Shown in pieces: positions 26,501 through 38,500 of a DNA stretch of 64,000 bases (position 1 is the first letter of the stretch; every line of letters starts with the position of its first letter). Below the pieces are notes generated by a model, which saw only the letters and a program-made list of their open reading frames with translations, was not told where the DNA came from and searched no databases. The stretch is taken from assembly GCA_964016885.1 (NCBI GenBank), contig OZ024750.1, positions 14,632,001-14,696,000 on the forward strand, given 5' to 3'. Made by a program: the position numbers and the translations under genes. This DNA is from Eledone cirrhosa (Eukaryota).

Positions 26501-29500
26501 CCTGTGATGATGGTAATATCATGACCAGGTACCATGTTGACTGTGTCCTGAAGTTGTTGGTAGAATGCATCCTTGTCAGCTTCCTCATTAGATGATTGTG
26601 ACATCAACTAAGAAGTCCGTCAATGAAATCACATTGAAATCACAATGTCTCACATCATGTGCAAGTGCTGACTTGGTTGGGACATGTCACATGACTCTTG
26701 TGAGACACGCTAATCAGGTCCTGTATTGGTAACCCCCATAGAAAGAGATGAAGAAGACATTCCATGATGAACTGGTGGCAGACAATCGACAGGGACCTGA
26801 AACCCATCAGTTGGAATGTATTGATAGATGTAACTGACCGTGGTCATTAGAGTACTTTTGTTGCCTCATGCGTCTCAAGATGCGGGGGTGTCTAAGTTAG
26901 TACTTGACAGGGACTTTATCGATCCAGGAAGGATGAAAAACAAAGTTAACCTCACAGAACATAAAAAAGAACCCAAAATGACTTTGTCCAATGCCCTAAT
27001 GATCCTGCCAAAAAACCTCTGCCCCACTTCCCAGTTTTTAAGACATGGCTCTTCGTTAAAAACCCCATCTAGGTTCCATAGTGAATGAAAGTATATTTCA
27101 ATTCTTAGTTACAAATGCTTTGCATTATAATAATCTAATTATTATCATTAACTAAAAATGATGGAAAATACCAAACCTGGTTCAAATCAGAGGAATTTTA
27201 AAATTTAATTATAACTATCAATGCAAGAAAATACCTATATTCAACTGAATCTATTTTGTTAACAAACACAATACAGAAATTATTTTGACTAGTTAATTAG
27301 AAATATTATATTTAATTACAATGCTTTGATAGAAGTTGAAAACTATTTGATGCTGAATTATTACAATAATTTACCATGTTAGTAACTAAGATTCTCTTTC
27401 CTGTACTTTAATTCACATTTCCTTTATTTCCTTGGTGTATGTAGTACGATAATTCTGTATGAATATTACACACTTCTGTCAATACCATTTTAGCATATTT
27501 TATAAAGATTAAATAAAGAATATAAAATATTTGTTGCTAAAATTAGTTGGGCAAAATGTGAATTCAGATTTTTATAAGCAAGCCCTCACCTAATTTCCAT
27601 AACACTGGTATATTTATACCATAATCCATCCAACAATAAATTCTATTATTTTAATATCCTTATATCTACATAAGTTTGAAAAGCCATAAAAGTTCTACAC
27701 GTGTATTTGATACACCTTTATTTTTTATTTTGGTGTTTTTTTCTTCTTCTATTACCGTCAAATTAGAGTTGTAATAGTATTTTTCTTATTTCATCATTGA
27801 AAGTAAGTAATATATAAACTAATGTTTTATTAGGAACCCCAAAACTAGCTGACAGATAATCCAATCTCGAAAATGAGATTTGTTTTTCTTTTAACAATAA
27901 GTAAACCACGATTTACATTTTTATAAACTACACAAAAACACTTCAAAACGTGAACATATTTACTTTGCTCAAATAAAAAAATGACTCAATCGGGAAAATA
28001 TATATATTAGACAAGTAAGTACAACATTTTAACATAATTGATAATATCATTGTTAATATTTCAAGTGATTGTGGCGTGTGCACCACAGTTACAACATGAA
28101 CGACAAATACATGCATTGCAGTATGTGTGGGACTCAGAAATGCTTCAACAGAAAGCACATGAATATACATACCAGTAATCCAATGATCTTTTGAGAGAGA
28201 AAAATGAAACAAAAAAGTCAATACAAGAACAGAAGAGGCAGCACAAGAAATAAAGAAAAATCACAATATATATATACACATGTATAATACTAATATATTC
28301 ATAAGCAACAATACATTTAACGAGGAGAGAAAAGAAACATAAAGGACCACTCTTTCTTTGAAACTGTTGGGAAACTATTTCTGCAGTTACACAATTTCAA
28401 AAACACCTGACTAAATTTTTGAAACACACTAATGCAATTGATATAATATAATAAATTCCTCCTTCATACCTTTATTAAAAAGATCATTGGTTAATTATCA
28501 TAATAAAATAAAAGGTATGCTCCACAAGGCCGGCCCCTCACTCACCCACATAAATAAGCAAACTAAATATACAGCTATTTTGAAAAGACAAAGAAAAACT
28601 TTTCTACTTTGCGTTATTTGGAATTGCTAACAGATGGAATAATTGTAACAAAACACTTACAGAATTCTCTGTAAGCTAACTATAGTAAGCAAGCTGATGC
28701 AGAGAAATCACTTTAGACAGTGTGCACAGGGTGCATCTAAATAGAAAGGATAAAATAGTTTTCTTTTAAACAATGAATTACTTTTCAAATAGACTAAAAG
28801 CTACCAAACATATCTATGTTGATGTAATATTCTTTGCAAGATTATTAAGAAGTTAATGTTCAAAGTAGTTAAATTATATTTCACTTTAACAAAATCCTGG
28901 TGATGAGAATAATTTACATCCAGGATAACTAGAAATCGAATATTTCATTTAAAAATTCATTAATTTAAATGTTAACAAAACAAAAGAAAATGGTAATAAT
29001 ATGGAAATAAAAGACTATTGCTTACACACACACACACAAGTACATAATATACACACTAGAAAGAAAAAAAATAGAATGGAATAATATCTACTATAAGAAA
29101 TACTATTTGAAAACCATAAACTCATCTAACAGAATAATCTAAAGTTTTCATTGATTTTAATCAATATAAAAATACAGCGTGGAATAACTACTTTAGTATG
29201 ATAAAGGATTTGTAGAATTCTCCTATTAAAAGTGCATTGTCAAGAAAGCTAAGCCTTGTGGTCACTAGTAACAACAAACAGAAGAAACACTTACAGATTT
29301 GGATATCCATCTTGCCTATGTGAATAAGATTTTTTTATCTATTCAATATTAGTGAGATAATTTAATATCGAGTAACAGTTATATGGAAAAATAAATTTGT
29401 CTGTTTTTTTTCAAATGATTTGAATAATTAAAGAATATAAGGTGAATAAATGAAAACATTCCCAAGTGTAAATGATTTTATGAATAGTCTGCAGAAATAA

Positions 29501-32500
29501 GTTACCAACATGAAACAAGTGGAACTGAAAGTAAGAATTAGTAAACTATTTTCAGATTATTTCTATACAGTCTTGCTAGTGTGTCCTCAAATAATTCTTT
29601 TAAAAAAAAGTACAAATAAATAACTCAAATTACTGAGATTCACAGAGGAGATGATAAAGGAATGTAATGAGTGGAGAGATGGTATGCTTGAAAAGGACCC
29701 ATCCAACCCATGTGAGCATAGAAAAACGGATGTAATGATGAATTAAGCTGCATTAAAATTCTGTTCCCTTAGTACTATTTTGTATTGATGAACTAGGGAC
29801 CCACTGAAAGTTTCTGGACGTGATGATTTTCTGTTCAACTTGAATTTGAAAATAATGATGATGATGAAGTTAATTTTGCTTTTCATCCATCCAAGGTACA
29901 ATAAATAATGTAACAGTCTAGGGTAAATAGAAAACAATTGTTAGAATGTCGGGCAATATTTCTTCTGGATTCTGAATTCTTATCTTGCTGTGGCCTACTT
30001 GAGTCCATTTTGATCCAATTTCTGGTTTAAGAAGGCTTTCCTCATGCCCACTACTCTTAGAAACCTTGAAAAAAAAGTCATGGGCACTGCCCCTTCATTT
30101 GACTAAGCAATAACAAAAACACCCTTCTACCAGCTCCACCTTTTGTAAACAATATAATCATTTTGGCTATAACTAAACCAATCCAGGGCCTTCTTACTCT
30201 ATCTGGAGGAACTCCACCCTTCAAGTATATAATACAAGCAGAGTTGATAATAGTATTTATGTGTCTTCTGAAATTCTAAAGAAACTTATTCAAACTTTGT
30301 TTCAGGTATCTGTGTATGTATTTCTTCTTTTTAGTTATTCCTACTTGAGTTACTTTACATTTATTTGGTCAAATATATATACAACAGATTTATTCTAGTA
30401 TATAATAACTAGAATTTTATGAGCTAAATAGTTGTCTGTGACAATAGGAATCAATTCAGTAGAGCTCTTCATTCCCCAAATTTGTTTTACATTGTAATTA
30501 TTAGTGTTGTTTTTTAACATATATTACACAAACAATACCTATCTTTTCTAATTGTAATTTATAGATTTCATAAAACCTATCAGAATTTAAATGTTGATGC
30601 AAATCTGTATAGAAAATGACTGGAAACAGATTACTTTTAGTATTTAATGATATCGTGCATGTAATTTATGAAACTAAAGATATATTAAAGAAAGAATATA
30701 TATATAAATCAAGCATACTATACGCTTCTTACCATAAATTGAATACATCCAGTGCAAAGACAAGGAAAGAGAATATTCAGTATTAATTTTACATGTTAAT
30801 ATTAGAGAAAGAATAAATCAAATTTCATTAATAATATGATGTATACAAGCATAAATAGTAACTGTATGTCTACATATATTTTAAAGCTGAACAAACTGTA
30901 AGGTAAAATTCCTTACTGATAAGATGTTATATTTAAAAACATATTTCTGTATTTTTGTTTGTGAGAAAAACACTTACAGATATGTAATAAATGACTGATA
31001 AGTTTCAGAAAGCCAGTACAATATGGTAGAAATATATAAAGGGCAAAGAATCACAAATAAAATAAAACTAAGTAATGATATTTCAGGGCTATTACCCTTT
31101 TTTCAAATGTGAAACGAAAATGGCTCAAAACAAAAATGAACGAACAATGTGTTCTTCGCTAATATATTTCTATATTTTTGTTTGTGAGAACAAGGATTAC
31201 AGATACAAAGTAAAGTATTCAATACTTCAGTGAGTGTGTTATATTCTTTATTTGATTATTAGTTTTACAGAATTGAACCCATTCCAAGAGAACTGGAATA
31301 GCATCAATTCTATAAAACTAGCAAGTTGAATAAATAAAAATATCTGTAATCCAAGTAGGGTTTCAAATAAAAGTATCTGTAGTCAAAATATTATCTAAAA
31401 ACAAACCATTTCAGCTTTAAAATCAAGAAAAACAATTATGAAAAATGGGCAAATTGCTTTTAACTCTTAACATCTTGTAGTAATTTAGCAGAAAATATCT
31501 AAAAATGGGACTGTTAATTCAAATGTTTGTAGTATCTTTACTGGTGAACAGACTGTTGTGAAAATTTGTAATATTAGAGTAGTGACTAATTTTTAATATG
31601 ATTCAGTCATAGTTCTGTTTTATACTTTTTCAAGAATGGCTCTGCTAATGGTGTTTCATGCAGTACAGGACATAAAGATACAACAAACATTTGAATTAAC
31701 AAGCTCATTTTAAGATATTTTCTGCTAAATCATTAACAGGACATTAAGAGTTAACTACAATCTATATAGTAAACATATTTATCTAAAAGAAACATTAAGT
31801 AAAAAATGCTGGTCATAATGTTGAAAGGATCCAATAAAAGAAAGTACTAGTCTATAATAAATGCCAATTGTAAAATCCTTAAGAATTACAGCTTCATTCT
31901 TATTAGAAATCTTTTCATAGATTCCAACAATTCTAAACCCTATTAACTTCAGTTGCCAAACAAATATTAATTTCTTTTTGACAAACTACAAGATCAATTT
32001 TGTTTGAGGAAGGATCTCCCCAGTATATTACTGATACTTAATCAATATTAGAAGAATGGAAAGTAAAATTAGGTTTAAAGGGATATGAGTGTATATCTTT
32101 GAAGGAAGGACCTATAAAGTTTAATTAAGGTACAACTGGGAAAACAGTTGAGTGGTGGTATTTGTTATAAAATACCATGAACAGTATTCAAAATAATCTG
32201 ATTCACAATCTCATACATCATCATCATCATCATGATTCACAACCTCACACTTATTATCATCTAAATCTGATTCACACTTATCATCATCATCATGTATATG
32301 CTTTGCAAGAGAAAAGCATACAATTGTAACTGTTTAAACACTGTATATATGATTAGTGTCACATTTAATAAAATATTAGTTTCGAAATAAACTAGTACTA
32401 GCAAAAAACAGTAAAGTTTGTGAAATAAAACCAGTTTGTGTGTCGTTAGAGAAGAGCTCTGCACCAAATATCCAAACTTGCCTCTTATCTATATCTTATC

Positions 32501-35500
32501 TATTGCCCTTAGGCAAGATAACAAGCACAACTTCAGTCTTCCTTGTCAATCCAGCATCTCTTTTTATGGTACCCTGGTTTCTGAACTTTCTGATAGAGAT
32601 CTCCCACAAGAGGTCTGAAATCATCTCATCTTTTGTGCAGAAGCAGTGACCAGCAAACCTTGTACGATGTTCAATCAGTCATGCACTTATGGGATATTTT
32701 TCCGTATATCAAATTAAGCATGGGATGAATCTGTCAAGGAACATTTCGAGCCTTTCTCAGAATAGGAGTGAAACATCCATTTAAACAGCTCTGTAGACAG
32801 GAATGGAAGGTCCTCACAAAGAACAAACAAATTTTAACAATATCTCTAATTTGTTATATTCTTAATTCTATCATTAGCAATCATAGGTAGTTTGCTGTCT
32901 CAAGGTAGAAATAAAATATATTAAAACATCTCAACCAATTGCGGAGAAGATATACCTGGGTTCAGATAAAACTATGTTTAATATTTGATAAAAAAAAAAA
33001 AAAAAATCAGATACAAGGCAACCAACTTTTAAACCCTTTAGCATTTAAACCGGCCATATCCAGCCAGAATTTTCTCACCTCTCTCTATTCAAACCGGCCG
33101 TAACTTACTACTGATACTGATGTTAAGGTATTGTTCTCAAAATAAATAATATCAAAATCTTATAGATTCGATATTTTGTGAGATAAAGCCTTTACCACGA
33201 AAATACAATAGTGTATATAGAGTAATGTAAATGTTAAAGGGTTAAACTCTAAATTACAACTCTGGCTAAAATAAAAATTGATTGTGAAAACTAAAACCTC
33301 TAGTAATCTAAGGAAATTCAGTAACAAAATAAATCACATAGTAGAGAACACCTAAATATCTTTTAAAAGATAGTAAATCATAGTTACTACCAGTCAAAAC
33401 TTCATATGATTTTCATTAAATTCTATGGAAAAAGAAAGGATAGTATATATATTATAATTTTTTAATATAAAAATATTGAATAGTAGCTGAAAAGGTGTAA
33501 TGAATAGCTTCAACATTCTGATAATATAAATCTGAAAATATATATATAAGCAACAACAGAATCCAATTATCTAAAAATAAATAGAAGAAATATATTATTC
33601 TTCAAAAAATTTCATATTTACTTTACATGGTTTCTAATAATTTAAACTGCAATATAACACTTATATTAGTTGGGTTAAGAATAAGAAACAAAATAATATT
33701 AATCCATATTTGAGCATTATTGTACACTAGTATTCTGGAATATATGATTCAATTGTACAAATCACTTAATTATAGAAGATTCCACATACACACACAAATA
33801 TATATGTATATATACTTATGCACACCCTTATAAATGCACACACACTTATGCGTGAGTATGTGGCTATTATTTCTTTCAGGTCAAGCTTCCACACAGTTGC
33901 AAAAGCAAAGATTATCTTTTTTATTGATTGCGTTGCCTTTTGTTGTTATTCTCCTCATCAGCATTTTAAATCTTTTTTCATGCTGATAGGAGTTAGAATG
34001 ATTGGAGACAATGAGACACATCTAGTGCCATGATAAAATGCACCCAGTACACTCTGTAAAGTTTATGGTAGGAAGGACATCCAGATGTAGTCTTCCGACC
34101 CATCTAAGAGTATTGAAACTCCAAATATCAACTGACTCTAACTGAGATGGTACATGCAAGCTATGTCAGTAGGAGTAAAATGACAACGATGATGATGATG
34201 ACGATTATGATGATGATAATGATAATGATCTAAAAATATCTTATATACATAAAGAAATGAATTTCTTAAATTATCCAGAAATAATTGAGATTGCAACAAT
34301 GATAAAAATGAAATTTAAATTCCTTACACAATCCCCCAACAACAAAACAATATTAATGAAATAAAATAATATATAATTAAATAGATAAAAGTTTTTGTTT
34401 TTTAATATGAAATATGTGTAAAAGACAGTTGCTTTCCATTTACACAAAACACATAACAAAACTGAAAAAAATTGATTGATTAGCATTTGACATTCTGAAA
34501 ATATAAAATTGCCTATCTAACACTGTTAGCAGATGCCATAAGTCAAGTCAGATTAGAAAAGAAAATGCTAGGTAACTATATATATAACAATGCAGAAAGA
34601 ATGCTATAAATATTCAAAACGTTTCACTACATTTGAGATAATCAATTAAAATTCGCTCACCTTTGAAGAACCAAATATTGAAAAAAGGCCCCCTCTCTTT
34701 TTAGGTCTGCCAGCCACAGTGCCAGGTTTTGTCTGATTTTTAAAGTCTGTTGATGATTGTGAGCGAGGGGCGGAATTGTGTGGGTAACTATCTCCAAGAT
34801 TAGGGCAGCTAAGGTCTTCAAATGGAAGGTCAGTGGGATGGGCAAAACCGGATTTGTAGCGCTCGATCACTAACCGAGAATCCTTGAAAAATAAAAAAAA
34901 TTTAAAAATGTATTTTGAAATAAAAGCAAATATCCAAAATGAGAAATTTGAAATGCTTGTATATTTTTCCATTTAGTACACAAAGCATTTAAAAAAAAGA
35001 GATATTCTTTTTGCTTGTCTATAATGGTTTAATATAGTCGATATCGTTTTGTCCAATGCATTTATTTGTTCATGCTTTAAAGCAAATTTTACAATAATAA
35101 AAAGTTTTTTTAAAATGATATAACTTAGTGTAGATGTCTCATATGAATTAGGATGAAGAAATGAGTTTGAACCTTTTACTTTGTTGAATGGAAACCAACT
35201 TCAATACTATATGATAATAATTGTTTCTGCTTTTGGCACAAGGCCAGCAATTATCCCAGTACATTACTGGTACTTTATTTTATCGACCCCCGTAAGGATA
35301 AAAGGCAAAGTTAACCTCGACGGGATTTGAACTCAGACCATAAAGAGACGTAACTATGCTGGAAAGCATAGCATCCGACCCTCTAGATGATAATAATGAT
35401 GATGATGATTACACTATATTAGGATACTAACCTCTTTTGGACTAATAGACTCTACAGCTTTGAACATTCCTTCTATACAAGTATTTATGATAGGTAACAC

Positions 35501-38500
35501 GCGCTTTTCTTGGTCAGCAAAAGATTTCAAAAAGCTTTTTAGTCGGCTAATCCTTTTCTCATCCATATCTTGTAATTGCTTAAAAATAAACGCAAGAGAA
35601 AAATTAGTGTTACAATTGGTCTTACAAGATCAAATATAAAAACTGAATAAATGAAATGTAAAGAAGTCATTATGCTAGCGTGAAAGATGAACGTTAAACG
35701 ATGATGATGATATATATATATATATATATATTGTGTTGTTTATTACATAATCAAATAGCTCTGTACTATAGATAGAGAACTCTTCTTTTCTTTACTTTTT
35801 CTACGGAAATACTTAACACATACACATATATATATGGAAGATGGACGTTAAACGATGATGATGATGATATATATATATACACACGACTTGGCTGCTTTTA
35901 GAAGTCTTTTATCTACAATTTCATTTCTCAGCACTTTTGTTTTTAAGTAAAATAAAGGTTTTTTGATTTAGGTACAAGGCCAACACCTTTTTTTTCAGGA
36001 ATAGGGTGATTAAATTGACTCCAGTGTGTTACTGGTACTTTATTTTATTGATCCCAGAAGGACAAAAGGCAAAGCTAGCTTTGGCAGGATTTGAACTCAG
36101 AATGTAAAGGGCTGTAACTCTATACAGCAAAGCATGTTGTACGAGGCTCTACAAATTACTGCCAACCCATCTCCCTCTGTTATCATTGTATTTTAATACA
36201 ATAACAGATTATTATTAACATAGTTTGTATTGAAATATAAGAAAGTCTTGATGAAAAAATCCTAAAACTAGCTGAACCATGTATGATGATAATGACAATA
36301 TGAGAGTATCAAACTGTCAAATGGCAGCTATGTTTTTCTTACTTTATTAAAGACAAACTATTTAATATTTTCATTATAAATTTATATTACTATTTTGAAT
36401 AGGTTTCATAGATAAGCACAACAAAATTTATACACAAGATTAACTTTAGTTGTTGGGTCTATTGTTGTCGAATTCTAACTAAATTTGGATAAACATCTTC
36501 ATTGATTTACCTTTGCTCTGTGAACCCTCTACCTGTCAAGTTCAATTATTAATACTTCTAATAACTAGCTTTTCTATCAACTTTGTTATACACCCCAATG
36601 GTTCATACTCTGCTTATCTACAATGTCAGCAGATTTGATGTTTTCACACTCTTACATGAGTAAACAAAGTCTTTCATAAGTACAGATAATCAATTTGTTG
36701 CTAGATGTAAATTACACCCCTCCACCACACCACCTCATACACTAAACAACCATACTACTGCTATTACTCTAATTAGGTCAACAAAACAACAAAATCTATC
36801 TGCTGTCTCCAGTATTCATCCAGAACAGCTTATAGGCTTCAATCAGTCACTGCTCGTATTTTTCAGTCAAATTAGTATGTGCAGTAAATTTAAAATAGAT
36901 TAAAATCTGAAAATCATCTTTCAAAATTTATTTACACAAAAGTGTATGTATTATTAAATTATTTAGAATAATCGTCAGCTTTAAATGAAATATATAGGAC
37001 TGGAAAGTCACTTTGAACATGAATTTCTTTTAAATAGGTATTTCAAATAGTCAACATTTTTTTTTTTTTTTAAATTAGTTGAAACATAGGTGTAAGTGTA
37101 ATTGGAGATGGGTAAGTTCTGAAGTTGAAAGAAATCAAATAATCATTTCAATATAACATAATAATAATTATGTTTTTTTAGGGACAGAATAGTCAATTGA
37201 ACCAACCCCAGTAATTGATTGTAAAAACTGAAAGGTAAAAATTCACATCTTGCTAAAGATATTGAAGTATGAATTTCAGAAATTTACAAATAAAATTTGT
37301 GGATTCATTTTAACCCTTTAGCAATTAAACTGGCTGTATCTGGTCAGAATTCTCTCACCTCTTTCTGTTCAAACTGGTTGTAACTGGCCACTCATACCGA
37401 TGTTAAGGTATTGTTCTCAAAATAAATAATATCAAAATTTCATAGATTTGATATTATGTGAGGTAAAGCCTTTACTATGAAAATACAATAGAGGAATGTA
37501 AATGCTAAAAGATTAAAGGAAAAATAAAAGAGTCAATTGTGAAATCTGACCAAGGAAACTATATTTACATTGGTCTTTCCACTGCTGATACCATCTGCTG
37601 GTTGCAATTCCTGGCAGAAGGAGGTGGAGTCTGAACTCAATACTCATGGATAAGATATTGAAAAGCATCTTGTAAGACTTAACAATTCCACCAATCTACA
37701 AACCTTAGATTGGACAAATTTTGAACAAAATGAACAAAAATAAATACTGAACCATTTAATGTGCTTTAATGTCTCTGCTAATTTGCCACCAAGAAAATAC
37801 TACAGCAGATTTAAATGAAAATATGCAACATATTATCTCACCTGAAATACATTAGGAAGTAAAAGAGAATAATATTCTCTTTGATATTTATTTGTAATTT
37901 CCAGCTGGGCAGCATAATCATTTTTACAATCTTCTGAAATTTGTGTCTTGGTTAGTGATAAATTTCTTTGCTAGAAAATGAAATGAGAAACAAAGGTAAA
38001 ATATAACATGTATAAACCATATTTCAATAATCAAGCAACTAATATGTGTTAATTAAAAATTATAGGTTACAATTTACTCCTATTCAATGTGAGATACTCC
38101 TAGCTTGCATTGCTAATGTAAAGACTGAAGGTTAGCTTTTATGACATCATGAAATCTCTTTTCTGGTTTGTCCTGGGAGCACTTACAAAGCGCTAGTTCA
38201 CCACAGAGTAACTGCTTCAGAATGACATGACTAACCTAGAGCCCTGGTCTTGAATGTATCTCATAAGCTGGAGAAAATTTAGAAATCCAATATACCAAAC
38301 AAACTGAAAATCAGTCTATTTAGAACAGTAGAGCCTATTCTTCTCTGTGGTTCTGAGACTTGGACCTTGCACTCCTGTCTACAGAGCTGTTTAGATGGAT
38401 GTTACACTAGCCTTCTGAGATACACGCTTCATAGATGCAGGCATTGATGTAAAGTTTTAAGTCCTTGTCTGGCCAGACTCATCTTTTGAGTACTGCAAAT

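Noticed and set aside
28655-28690. Microexon candidates ending at a GTAAGT donor (8 or 15 nt)
   Set aside because: Several competing AGs, the best acceptor gives a frameshifting 8 nt, and the motif is part of a small palindrome
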